From NCBI RefSeq assembly GCF_963921235.1, contig NC_086097.1:152832001-152896000 (forward strand): a stretch of 64,000 nt of DNA. Reading direction: 5' to 3'. The translations under genes were made by a program, and so were the position numbers. Below are positions 38,816-51,641 of the stretch, one piece after another. Positions within the stretch are counted from its first letter, which is position 1, and each line of letters starts with the position of its first letter. The DNA comes from Mobula hypostoma (taxonomy: Eukaryota). The notes below the pieces were generated by a model. The model saw only the letters and a program-made list of their open reading frames with translations. It searched no databases and was not told where the DNA came from.

Positions 38816-41743
38816 CTTGCGAGGGGGATGGGACCCAGAGCGATAGAGCAGTGAAAGAAGTGCATGGAGTAAAGCCAGATCTAACATACAGAGAGGCTTT
38901 GAGGAAAGAGAAGCAGAATAAACGGTGTAAAGACAGTAAGGTAGAAGGGCTGAAATGTGTGTACCTCAATGCAAGAAGCATCAGGAACAAAGGTGATGAA
39001 CTGAGAGCTTGGGTACATACATGGAATTATGATGTAGTGGCCATTACAGAGACTTGGCTGGCACCAGGGCAGCAATGGATTCTCAATATTACTGGATTTC
39101 TGTGCTTTAAAAGGGATATAGAGGGTAGAAAAAGGGGAGGATGGGTGGCATTACTGGTCAGGGATACTATTACAGCTACAGAAAGGGTGGGTAATGTAGC
39201 AGGATCCTCTTTTGAGTCAATATGGGTGGAAGTCAGGAAGAGGAAGGGAGCAGTTACTCTGTTGGGGGTATTCTATAGGCCCCCTGGTAACAGCAGAGAT
39301 ACAGAGGAGCAGATTGGGAGGCAGATTTTGGAAAAGTGCAAAAATAACAGGGTTGTTATCATGGGTGACTTTAACTTCCCTAATATTGATTGGCACCTGA
39401 TTAGTTCCAAGGGTTTAGATGGGGCAGAATTTGTTAAGTGTGTCCAGGATGGATTCCTGTCACAGTATGTGGACAGGCCGACCAGGGGGAATGCCATGCT
39501 AGATCTAGTACTAGGTAATGAACCGGGTCAGGTCACAGATCTCTCAGTGGGTGAGCATCTGGGGGACAGTGACCACCGCTCCCTGGCCTTTATAATTATC
39601 ATGGAAAAGGATAGAATCAAAGAGGACAGGAAAATTTTTAATTGGGGAAAGTCAAATTATGATGCTATATGGCTAGAACTTGCGGGTGTGAATTGGGATG
39701 ATGTTTTTGCAGGGAAATATACTATGGACATGTGGTCGATGTTTAGAGATCTCTTGCGGGATGTAAGGGATAAATTTGTCCCGGTGAGGAAGATAAAGAA
39801 TGGTAGGGTGAAGGAACCCTGGGTGACAAGTGAGGTGGAAAATCTAGTCAGGTGGAAGAAGGCAGCATACATGAGGTTTAGGAAGCAAGGAACAGATGGG
39901 TCTATTGAGGAATATAGGGAAGCAAGAAAGGAGCTTAAGAAGGGGCTGAGAAGAGCAAGAAGGGGGCATGAGAAGGCCTTGGCGAGTAGGGTAAAGGAAA
40001 ACCCCAAGGCATTCTTCAATTACTTGAAGAAAAAAAGGATGACAGGAGTGAAGGTAGGTCCGATTAGAGATAAAGGTGGGAAGATGTGCCTGGAGGCTGT
40101 GGAAGTGAACGAGGTCATCAATGAATACTTCTCTTCGGTATTCACCAATGAGAGGGAACTTGATGAAGGTGAGGACAATATGAGTGAGGTTGATGTTCTG
40201 GAGCATGTTGATATTAAGGGAGAGGAGGTGTTGGAGTTGTTAAAATACATTAGGACAGATAAGTCCCCGGGGCCTGACGGAATATTCCCCAGGCTGCTCC
40301 ACGAGGCGAGAGAAGAGATTGCTGACCCTCTGGCTAGGATCATTATGTCCTTGTTGTCCACGGGAATGGTACCGGAGGATTGGAAGGAGGCGAATGTTGT
40401 TCCCTTGTTCAAAAAAGGTAGTAGGGATAGTCCGGGTAATTATAGACCAGTGAGCCTTACGTCTGTGGTGGGAAAGCTGTTGGAAAAGATTCTTAGAGAT
40501 AGGATCTATGGGGATTTAGAGAATCATGCTCTGATCAGGGACAGTCAGCATGGCTTTGTGAAGGGCAGATCATGTCTAACAAGCCTGATAGAGTTCTTTG
40601 AGGAGGTGACCAGGCATAAAGATGAGGATAGTGCAGTGGATGTGATCTATATGGATTTTAGTAAGGCATTTGAAAAGGTTCCACACGGTAGGCTTGTTCA
40701 GAAAGTCAGAAGGCATGGGATCCAGGGAAGTTTGGCCAGGTGGATTCAGAATTGGCTTGTCTGCAGAAGGCAGAGGGTGGTGGTGGAGGGAGTACATTCA
40801 TATTGGAGGATTGTGACTAGTGGTGTCCTATAAGGATCTGTTCTGGGACCTCTACTTTTCGTGATTTTTATTAACGACCTGGATGTGGGGGTAGAAGGGT
40901 GGGTTGGCAAGTTTGCAGATGACACAAAGGTTGGTGGTGTTGTAGATAGTGTAGAGGATTGTCAAAGATTGCAGAGAGACATTGATAGGTTGCAGAAGTG
41001 GGCTGAAAAGTGGCAGATGGAGTTCAACCCGGAGAAGTGTGAGGTGGTACACTTTGGAAGGATAAACTCCAAGGCAGAGTACAAAGTAAATGGTAGGATA
41101 CTTGGTAGTTTGGAGGAGCAGAGGGATCTCGGGGTTCATGTCCACAGATCCCTGAAAGTTGCCTCACAGGTGGATAGGGTAGTTAAGAAAGCTTATGGGG
41201 TGTTAGCTTTCATAAGTCGAGGGATAGAGTTTAAGAGTCGCGACGTAATGATGCAGCTCTATAAAACTCTGGTTAGGCCACACTTGGAGTACTGTGTCCA
41301 GTTCTGGTCACCTCACTGTAGGAAGGATGTGGAAGCATTGGAAAGGGTACAGAGGAGATTTTACCAGGATGCTGCCTGGTTTAGAAAGTATGTATTATGA
41401 TCAGAGATTAAGGGAGCTAGGGCTTTACTCTTTGGAGAGAAGGAGGATGAGAAGAGACATGATAGAGGTGTACAAGATAATAAGAGGAATAGATAGAGTG
41501 GATAGCCAGCACCTCTTCCCCAGGGCACCACTGCTCAATACAAGAGGACATGGCTTTAAGATAAGGGGTGGGAAGTTCAAGGGGGATATTAGAGGAAGGT
41601 TTTTTACTCAGAGCGTGGTTGGTGCGTGGAATGCACTGCCCGAGTCAGTGGTGGAGGCAGATACATTGTTGAAGTTTAAGAGATTACTAGACAGGTATAT
41701 GGAGGAATCTAAGGTGGGGGCTTATATGGGAGGCAGGGTTTGA
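38797..41743 (+). pseudogene. CR1 ORF2 (APE endonuclease plus reverse transcriptase); stop at 40831-40833 and frameshift near 41360
   Basis: 678-aa open stretch with YLNARS, ITETWL, GDFN, SDH, YRPVSLTS, DFSKAF; then FADDTK and LVRPHLEYCVQFWSP. Confidence 0.95.
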
Positions 41744-42994
41744 GGGTCGGCACAACATTGTGGGCCGATGGGCCTGTACTGTGCTGTACAATTCTATGTT
41801 CTATGTAACCTGGCAAGGATAGAAAGCAAGCAATAAACTAGCTGTATACAAACCTGGGACCTCTTGTTCCAAAGTCCAGGTGCAGATACCACTACCCTAT
41901 CTGTTAATATCAATTTAACAGATGTTTAAATGCAAAATACATTGTCATACTCTCCCAGTGGCTTACTGGACAGACATTTGCTGACATTTGCTGCATTTGC
42001 AGACAGAGAATTATAAGTTGATTTAAATCAACGTGAATCAGCTTTAGCAGAGAAAACCAATGAGTCAAAAAAAAAATCCGAAGACGATAACTTGAATCAA
42101 GTATTTTGTCAGATCCTAAAGGACTAAGCAATTTATAACTGTCTCAGTGACATGTTTCATTGAGATGTTTATTTTATATGTTTCTGTCATAAATTCATGA
42201 TTATTTGAGTTCATAGCCGTAAAAAAAGATTAAAAATGTAATAAATAAGATGTTAAAAAGGTAACATTGATAAAAAATTTGTTTAAAAAATATCACCTTA
42301 AAATATTGTTTGATTAAGAATGTTGTGCTTTTTACGTAAGGTTTTATTTAATGTAGAGTGTAATGGGTCACATAACCAGAGTTTAATAAGAGCATGACTG
42401 TGGCATTATGGGTCAGAAGCAACATGGAGGCAGAGAAAGACATATTGCCCTAAAATAACCTCATTCTGCATGTGGTCCAAGAGGTGCACACGGTAAATGT
42501 TTTTCTTATTTGTTTTATATTGTGTATAATGTTGTTGATGTGGCTTTACATGGACAGTGTGATATGTTTTCAGTGATTTTATCTGATTTCGGCACACTTC
42601 TGTTGTGCTGACATGTTGGGCCTGTTTATCAGCGGACACTAGCTTGAGAGACTTTAAAAGACTGAGAGATGTATGTTTCAAACACTTTATGTCTTTTATT
42701 TTCTTGTGGTTTTCACAGTGTCTGCTGAAGAAAAAGAGAGAGAAATAAAAATAAATCTTCAAGAACATCTGTATGTTGCGTGGCCGTTATTTCATTGGAC
42801 TGGTGCAGTTACAGTGAAAACGTGCAGCCAACATGGCCGAGAGTTCAAAGTAAGAAATGCCGCGTGTCCAGGAAGGAGAGAGGAGGAAGCATGATTGCTG
42901 GGGCAGCACGTAGCCAGGGAAAAGGCTTGCCGATTCACAGGAAAAAACATGTGTGTCTGCTTCTGACACCATCGGGTTGAGAATACTGCGATTT

Positions 42995-43148
42995 AACATA
43001 GAAACATAGAAAATAGGTGCAGTAGGTCATTCTGCCCTTCGAGCCTGCACCGCCATTCAGTATGATCATGGCTGATCATCCAACTCAGAACCCTGTACCA
43101 GCCTTCCCTCCATACCCCCGATCCCTTTAGCCACAAAAGCCATATCTC
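42995..43148 (-). mobile_element. CR1 3'-end fragment inserted in the BEL leader
   Basis: AACATAGAAACATAGAAAATAGGTGC is a reversed CR1-type (TTCTATGT)n tail and 3' UTR. Confidence 0.75.
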
Positions 43149-43182
43149 ACCAAGAGAGAGCAACGTTTACCAGCGCAGGAAA

Positions 43183-44010
43183 GTGCGGCTCTGCAGATGC
43201 CATCAGGAGAGCCGAATCCAGGAAATCTTCACAGGGAAAGGAATGTTAACCCCAAAGATGCTGGAGCCTAAGCAACAAGATGCTTCTCAGAGGGAGAGTA
43301 AATTCATCAAGCTATATGAAAGCTGGAAAGAACAAGTTAGAGCTAAATGTACCAAACTTAAGGATGAGTGCTATGACCAAGACTTAGGTGACATGATGGA
43401 TGCTGTTGAAGGGCTGGAGACACAAGTGAGAGATGTGTATGCATTTATACGATCCCAATCGGCACCTTCTACTGAGATTAGAAGAAAGATGGATTCCTGC
43501 ACAGCAGTAACAACAGATTTGATGGGGCTAATGAAAGTACGTATGAGTGAAGTGGGGCAAGAGGAGATTGATGCTAAGGCAGAAAATGCAAGACTTTGTA
43601 TGGTGCTCGACAGAAAGTACGCCCAGTCAATATTTGGGACTACAGTCTCCAAATCCACTGTTCGTAGCGACCACTCAAGCTGTTTATCAGAACAGCAAAG
43701 CATTACAGTAAAAAGAGCAGTGTGGGCTGCACAGTTTGCTGCAAAGCAAGCCGAAATGGAGATGGAGGAGGCTATCGCTGCACAAAGACAAGAACTTAAA
43801 AAACTGGAAAATCAGAGAGACCTTCAAGTAATAGCTGCAAAATTTAAGGATTACTCTGAAGATGACTCAGGTGAGGCCTTAGAGGAAAGTAGAACAGCAC
43901 ACAGTGAGCTGGCTAATTGTCCTCCAATACCTTATAAAGAAATTAAAGGGGAACAAACATGTAAGAACAATAACAATGAACAAAGAAACAATACTAACAA
44001 TGAAGCATAA
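43183..44010 (+). pseudogene. BEL gag N-terminal coiled-coil region
   Basis: 275-aa ORF directly after the 5' LTR and leader, truncated at the Penelope-like insertion. Confidence 0.7.
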
Positions 44011-44011
44011 T

Positions 44012-45243
44012 GCAAACACGAGGAAATCTACAGATGCTAGAAATTCAAGCAACACACACAAAAAACGCTGGTGAACACAGCAGGCCAGGCAGCATCTCTA
44101 GGAAGAGGTACAGTTGACGTTTCAGGCTGATACCCTTCGTCAGGACTAACTGAAGGAAGAGTGAGTAAGAGATTTGAAAGTTGGAGGGGGAGGGGGAGAT
44201 CCAAAATGATAGGAGAAGACAGGAGGGGGAGGGATGGAGCTAAGAGCTGGAAAGTTGATTGGCAAAAGGGATACGAGGCTGGAAAAGGGAGAGTATCATA
44301 GGACAGGAGGCCCAGGGAGAAAGAAAGGGGGGGGGGGGAAGCCCAGAGGATAGGCAAAGAGTTATAGAGAGAGGGACAGAAGGAGAAAAAAGATAGAAAA
44401 AAGGGGAAAAGAAAAAAAAAATTAAAAAATAAATAAGGGATGGGGTATGAAGGGGAGGTGGGGCATTAACGGAAGTTAGAGAAGTCAATGTTCATGCCAT
44501 CAGGTTGGAGGCTACCCAGACAGAATATAAGCTGTTGTTCCTCTAACCTGAGTGTGGCTTCATCTTGACAGAAGAGGAGGCCGTAGACAGACATATCAGA
44601 ATAAGAATGGGACGTGGAATTAAAATGTGTGGCCACTGGGAGATCCTGCTTTCTCTGGTGGACAGAGCGTAGATGTTCAGCGAAACGACCTCCCAGCCTA
44701 CGTAGGGTCTCACCAATATATAGAAGGCCGCATCGGGAGCACTGGACGCAGTATATCACCCCAGCTGACTCAGAGGTGAAGTGTCGCCTCACCTGGAAGG
44801 ATTGTCTGGGGCCCTGAATGATGGTGAGGGACGAAGTGTAAGGGCACGTGTAGCACTTGTTCCGCTTACAAGGATAAGTGATGGGAGGAAAGTCGGTGGG
44901 AAGGGATGGGGGGACGAATGGACAAGGGAGTCGTATAGGGAGCGATCACTGCAGAAAGCAGAAAGGTGGGGAGGGAAAGATGTGCTTGGTGGTGGGATCC
45001 AGTTGGAGGTGGCAGAAGTTACGGAGAACTATAATTCTTTGCAGATTCTGCAAACACCTAATCGCAGTCTCACTATAACTCCTTGCCCATCCTCTGGGCT
45101 TCCCCTCCCCCCCACTTTTCTTTCTCCCTAGGTCTCCTGTGCCATGATCCTCTCCCTTTTCCAGCCTCATATCCCTTTTGCCAATCAACTTTCCAGCTCT
45201 TAGCTCCAGCCCTCCCCCTCCTGTCTTCTCCTATCATTTCGGT
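44012..45243 (-). mobile_element. Penelope-like element 3' part with GIY-YIG endonuclease and inverted partial pLTR
   Basis: ORF 44466-44792: GVIYCVQCSRCGLLYIGET...HFN...RLEEQQLIF.LGSLQPDGMN. 45073-45243 is an inverted copy of ~44199-44366. Confidence 0.92.
44111..44148 (-). ncRNA. Minimal hammerhead ribozyme core in Penelope pLTR
   Basis: Minus strand reads AGTC-CTGACGA-AGGGTATCAGCCT-GAAAC-GTC-AACT: intact CUGANGA, GAAA and GUC, with one stem I mismatch. Confidence 0.7.
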
Positions 45244-48200
45244 CCACAGGTTCCATGTAAGCCAAGAGGACAGAGATTACTTACAATTCCTGTGGTGGGA
45301 AAATGGCGATACAAATTCAGAGCCAAAAGAATATCGCATGAAGGTCCTTCATTTTGGAGCAGCATTCTCTCCTGGCTGCGCAAATTATGGAATGAAGTAA
45401 CTTGCAAGCCAAAATGACAAAGAGTATCCAGCAGCAGCCAACTTCATCAGAAAAAAATTCTATGTCGATGATGGCCTCATCAGTGTAGAATCTGTGAACA
45501 CAGCCATCAAACTAGTGACAGAATCACAAAATGTGTGTGCAAAAGAGAGATTACATCTCCACAAGTTCATCTCCAACAACAGAGAAGTCTTGGGGTCAAT
45601 TCCGGACTGTGAATGAGCTAGTGGAGCTCAGGATGTGGATCTCAATTATGATGAACTCCCAGTCCAGACCGTGTTGGGAGAAAAGTGGAGTGTGATCAGT
45701 GACACCTTCTCCTTTAAAGTCGCCCTAGATGAGAAACCAGCAACACGGCGGGGAATCCTCTCGACTGTAGCCTTTGTGTTTGACCCACTAAGCTTCCTAG
45801 CTCTCTTCCTCCTACTAGAAAAGAAAGTACTACAGGGAATGTGCCAAAAGGGGGTTGGATGGGACGAACCACTGCCTGGAGAATTAAAGCCATGATGGGA
45901 AAGCTGGCTGAACGATCTAAAGAATCTGCAAAAACTCCAGATTCCAAGATGCTTTGCTCCTGAAAACCTAGGGAAGGTCAGAGGATTTAACTGCATCACT
46001 TTTCGGATGCAAGTAGCCATGGGTACGGTCAGTGCTCATATATCCGAGTACTGAGTGAGGACAAACTGCATTGCTCCTTAGTCATAGGTAAAGCGAGAGT
46101 TGCACCCACAAGAGTTTTAACCATACCAAGGCTGGAGTTAACGGCTGCAGTGGTCTTCTCAGCAGTCAGCAGTATGCTAAAGGAGGAGCTGGAGCTCAAA
46201 ATTGATCGAGTATTTTTAGACAGATTCCCAGGTAGTCTTGGGCCAAATTAATAATGAAGCTGAAGGTTTCATGTTTTCGTTGCAAATTAAATCCAAAGAA
46301 TTGGAGAAGCAACAGATCCAGCACAGTGATACTATATCGATACTGATCAAAATCCGGTGGATCATGATTCCAGGGGCCTCAAGGTGGCAGGGCTGATTGG
46401 TACAAATTGGTTTACTGGACCGAAGTTTCTGTGGGAAAGAGAGATTGTCACATCAAAGTCAGCTCCAGAGCTTCTGGTGGGCAATCCTGAAGTCAAAATG
46501 ACACAAGTACTACGAACAAAGGTGGTAAAAAAGGAAACTTCTTGGAGAGACTTAAACAGTTCTCACAATGGTATTGAATGTGGTTGCCCGGATCCAGCAA
46601 CTAGCAAAGAGAGCCAAAACAGCAAAACCCATAAATGTCGAAGACCGAAGTAAGGCCAGTCTTGTGCTTGTAAAATTGGCACAAAGGGATGCTTTCAAAG
46701 AGGAAATGCCAATACTGAGTCATGACAAACGCCACACAGCCATCCATTGTTCCAACTTGACCCAGTTTTGCAAGGTGGTGTTCTCAGGGTGGGAGGACGA
46801 TTAAAGAAGGCTTCCTTACCTCTCGACTTGAAGTATCCAGTAATCCTACCAAGAGTTGGTGTAGTCACATGTCCGATCCTAGATTAGTGCCATGGAAAAA
46901 CTCAATACCAAGGCAGAGGACAAACCCTTAACGAACTGAGAGCAAATTGTTACCGGGTTGTTGGTGGCAGCAAAGTTGTGGCGAACTGCATTAAACAATG
47001 TGTTATGTGCAGGAAAGCTCACAGGCCAACAGAAACGCAAAAGATGGCAGATCTTCCTGCTAACCGTGTTGATCCCTCGCCACCAGTCTCATACCGTGGG
47101 ATCGGTTGTTTTGGATCATTTCACACTAAGCAAGGTCGTAAAAAGTACAAGAGATACAGTCTCATATTCACCTGTCTGTCCTCGAACACAATTCACAAAG
47201 AAATGTTGGAAGATCTAACAACCGATGCCTTCATAAATGTTTTACGGTGTTTTATAGCTATCCATGGAGCTGTAAGACAAATTAGATCAGATCAAGGGAC
47301 AAACTTTGTTGGGGTAAAAAAATGAACTGACAAAGGCCTTAAAGGAAGTGGACAAAGACAAATTGACTGCTTACTTGGCCAGAAAACAATGTGACTTCAC
47401 CATGAACGTACCTGATGCCAGTCACATGGGAGGTATTTGGGAACGGCAGATCAGGACAGTTAGGAGCGTCCTCAGTGGGGTTCTCTCACAGAGCGTTGGA
47501 AGATTAGATGATGCTTCTTTGAGGACATTCTTCTATGAGGCCATGTCAATTATAAACAGCCGCCCACTCACCACTGACAGCATCGATGATCCCAAAGGCC
47601 CAAAGCCACTTATCCAAAGCCATTTACCTACCATGAAAACCTCTGTTCTGCTGCCTCCACCAGGAAAGTTTATGGCAGAAGATCTGTATGCCAGGAAAAG
47701 GTGGTGCAGAGTGCAATATCTGATAGAGAAATTCTGGAGTAGATGGAAGAAGGAATATCTAGCAAACATCACCCTCAGACAGCGCTGGTACTCTTCAAGA
47801 CGAAATGTGAAGATTGGAGATATTGTCATTGTAAATGAGGAAGAGATTCCTTGCAGTGAATAGAGACTTGGAAGAGTGATGTTTGTGAAGATGAAGATGG
47901 ACTGGTGCGAAGAGCCACAATACAATTAGGAAATAAAAAGCTAGGAAAAGAGGGTCAACAACTCATTAATCCATCCATTCTTGAACGTTCTATTCATAAA
48001 ATAGTTGTCCTTGTAGAAAACAATTAAAATGTGTTCCATTTCTAAACACCTACCAGTGTGGAGAGTTTAAAGTATCAGTCTTGATCTCAGAGTTTGTTAC
48101 AAATACCAACTATTTGGTTTCAGAAATTACTAGATTTATTCAAATATTTGTATAAAGGTTATTATAAATCATAGTAATTTGGTGGGAGTGTAACTGTCTC

Positions 48201-49944
48201 AGAGACATGTTTTATTGAGATGTTTATTTTATGTGTTTCTGTCATAAATTCATGATGATTTGAGTTCATAACTGTAAAAAAATGTAATAAATAAGATGTT
48301 AAAAAGGTAACATTGATAAAAAATTTTGTTTAAAACATATCACCTTAAAATATTTTTTGATTAAGAATTTTGTGTTTTTTATGTAAGGTTCTATTTAATG
48401 TAGAGTGTAATGGTCACATGACCAGAGTATAATAAGAGCATGACTGGCATTATGAGTCAGAACCAACATGGAGGCAGAGAAAGATATATGGCCTAAAATA
48501 ATCTTATTCTGCATGTGGGCGAAGAGGTGCAGACGGTAATTGTTTTTATTATTTGTTTTATATTGTGTATAATGTTGTTGATGTGCCTTTACATGGACAG
48601 TGTGATACGTTTTCAGTGATTTTATTTGATTTCAGCACACTTCTGTTGTGCTGACGTGTTGGGCCTATTTATCGGTAGACACTAGCTTGAGAGACTTTAG
48701 AAGACAAAGATGTATGTTTCAAACACTTTATGTCTTTTATTCTCTTGTAGTTTTCACGGAGAGAGAGAAATAAAAATAAATCTTCAAGAACATCTGTAAT
48801 GTTGCATGGCCATTATCTCATTGGACCGGTGCAGTTACACAATTATTTTTGGTTTGGGGAAGGACACTAACTAAATGTATTTTGTGTTCTTCAAATTATA
48901 TGAGGGCAATTCAGTTGATCTCATCAAAAGAAGTCAATCTCCTTTCAACATTGTACTGGAATTTATCTACAGCCTTCACATCAATTTTTCATGGTTTAAC
49001 CAATTAAACCCTAAGGTGTTTTTTTTTATTTACAGAATTTTCCTCCAATTTATTCATGACAAAAGGGAGAAATACTTTATGACTGGGAAAAATGAATAAA
49101 ATACTGAGATACCTTAAATCTGACGTGGCACAAAAACCACTTTCATATGGTTCAAAGCAAAATGATGTGAACATAGAACAATAAATAAATAAACAATAAC
49201 TCCAGAGGAATGTCAGCCAGCTTTGGCTGAATAGTAGACCATGAAACACAAAGACATGCAGTCTGAAATGAAATGAAAGAAAGCCAGCTAGATCCCACAG
49301 GGATGATGACATTGGTGCTTAGATATAGAAACTACCATCACTTCACTTCCGGTGCCTTTGGTCCAACGATCTTCAATTGCCGTTGCTGTTCTGGAGAAAA
49401 TATAAATTTGTTAAATTGATCTACTAAGGTGTGAGGTCCTCATGCAATTTTTCAGTTTCTCTCCTGCATACTTTTTTTTGAGTTATGAGTTATGCTTCAA
49501 ATAAAAGACAATATTTTTTTTTCTTTTCAGTATCCAAACTGCTTGAGTGTTTCCATTGTTTATGTGGTTATTTCTGATTTCCACCTTTCGTAGTATTTGT
49601 CTAGTGTGATGAAATACATTTTCTTTACACCTCAGCATGGTAAGGGCATTGATCACTTAATCAGACCATGAGATATGAATGCATTCACAAAAAAAAGGTC
49701 CTTTTTCTGCAGGTTTAATGGAGGCCCTTACATGTCATTTAAAGACTTTAATAAAGCATCAGTCAGAAGCCTCAGAATGATGCAAAGAATAATATTGAGG
49801 TCTGCTTTACAACTCTTTTCTTTTAACCAGGACAAAGGAGAATATTAAATTTGACTTTTCCTCTGAAACAGACACATGAATAACCCCATGAAAACCTGTT
49901 TGTGAAACTATCGATGCTGGTTATACTACATTCTACTTCCTTAC

Positions 49945-50610
49945 GATTTTTTGAAGATTCAGCATGACATCTAAAGCTTAATCAAACTTCTATAGATATG
50001 TAGTGGACTACACATTTGACTAACTGCATCACAGCCTGGTGTGGAAAGAACAATGCCCTTGAATGGAAAAAAAACTTACATAAAGTAGTGGATATAGCTC
50101 AGTTCATCATGGGTAAAGCCCTCACAAGAAACATTGTTGCAGGAAAACAGCATCCATCAATAGGGAACCACCACCCAGGTCATGCTCTCTTCTTGCTGCA
50201 GCCATCAGAAAGGAGGTACAGGAGCCACAGGACTCATACATCACCTGGTTCAAGAACAGTTACTAACCCTCAGGCTTTTAAACCGAAGGGATAACTTCAC
50301 TCAACTTCACTTGCCTCATTATTGAAATGTTCGCACAACCAATGGACTCACTCTCAAGGACTCTTCATCTCATGTTCTTAATACTCATTGCTTATTATTT
50401 ATTATTATTATTTCTTCTTTAGCAGCACAGTTTGTTGTCTGCTGCATACTGATTGAATGCTCAAGTTGGGCAGACTTTCTTTGATTTTGTTATGATTATT
50501 ATTTTATAGATTTATTGAACATGCCTCCAAGAAAATAAATCTCAGGGTTGTATATGGTGACATATATGTACTTTGATAATAAAATTTATTTCAAACCTTT
50601 TGAACTCTGA
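49945..50610 (+). mobile_element. Rex/Babar LINE 3' fragment; donor-arm boundary falls inside it at 50226
   Basis: TNCITAWCG...HHPGHALFLLQPSERRYRS. Confidence 0.8.
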
Positions 50611-50681
50611 CCATTGTCCAATGCTTTTTTTAGGTTGACACAGACTGTTTCATTTGTTCTTTAATCCTGCTATAATTTGGT

Positions 50682-51641
50682 TTGACATCTAACAGACCCC
50701 AATCAGTTAAGTTATACAACCTCTCCTCCTCCACTCTCACCCTGAACACTGGCATGCCTCAAGGCTGTGTGCTGAGCCCTCTTCTGTACTCCCTTTTCAC
50801 CTATGACTGCATTTCTGTACATGGTTCTAACTCCATAATCAAGTTCGCAGATGATACCATGGTAGTTGGCCTGATCAGAGGGGATGACGAGACCAAGGAG
50901 ATCATTGTGGACTTCAGGCATGCTAGGAGCCACACTCAGGTCCCCATCTACATCAACGGAGCTGTAGTGGAGCGTGTATCAAGCTTCAAATTCCTTGGTG
51001 TCCACATTTCTGAGGATCTCACCCGATCTCTGAACTCCTCCATCCTGATCAAAAAGGCGCAACAGTGCGTTTATTTCCTGCGGATCATCAAAAAAGCTCA
51101 CCTCTGTCTCAGGATACTGGCGGACTTTTACCGCTGTACCATTGAGAGCATTCTCAGCTGCATCTCAGTGTGGTATGGCAATTGTCCCGTATCGGACTGC
51201 AAAACACTCCAGCGTGTGGTGAAAACTGCCCAGCATATTATTGGCACCCAATTGCCCACCATTGAGAACATCTACCATAAATGCTGCCTGGGCAGGGCGA
51301 AAAGTATTATCAAGGATGCATCTCACCCTAACCATGGACTTTTTACTCTCCTCCCATCCGGTAGGCGCTACAGGAGCCTTCGCTCCCACACCAGCAGGCA
51401 CAGGAAGAGCTTCTTCCCTCAGGCTGCGACCCTACTGAAACTCTCATCACAGCGCTAAGCAGTATTGTACCCATATTGTACTGTCTCAGTACTTTTATAT
51501 TTGTGTACCGTAGCACTTTTTCTTTGCAGTTATTTTGTAAATAACATTATTCTTTGCATTTCTGGTTAGATGTTAACTGCATTTCAATGTCTTTGTATCT
51601 GTACTCGGCACAATGACAATAAAGTTAAATCTAATCTAATC
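50682..51641 (+). mobile_element. 5'-truncated Rex/Babar LINE
   Basis: 258-aa ORF with GMPQGCVLSPLLYSLFT and KFADD. Tail ATGACAATAAAGTTAAATCTAATCTAATC. Confidence 0.92.

Larger units (their letters stand above)
37775..41806 (+). mobile_element. Near full-length CR1 LINE inserted into a reverse-oriented SINE
   Basis: 5' UTR, ORF1, ORF2 and 3' tail ATTCTATGTTCTATGT. Candidate 6-bp TSD AACCTG (37769-37774, 41807-41812). Confidence 0.95.
42134..48839 (+). mobile_element. BEL/Pao LTR retrotransposon, decayed
   Basis: LTRs 42134-42813 and 48189-48839 with TGTAACTG...CAGTTACA ends. 5-bp TSD CAATT (42129-42133, 48840-48844); PPT GGTGGGAG. RT FYVDDG, RNase H LHHFSDAS and TIPRLELTAA, integrase RSDQGTNF, GGIWERQIRTVR, INSRPLT. 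Confidence 0.95.

Noticed and set aside
38797..40833. 678-aa ORF as a domesticated host gene or prokaryotic RT system
   Set aside because: It is ordinary CR1 ORF2 cut by a nonsense change in the PQG motif; the rest of the LINE and its tail follow.
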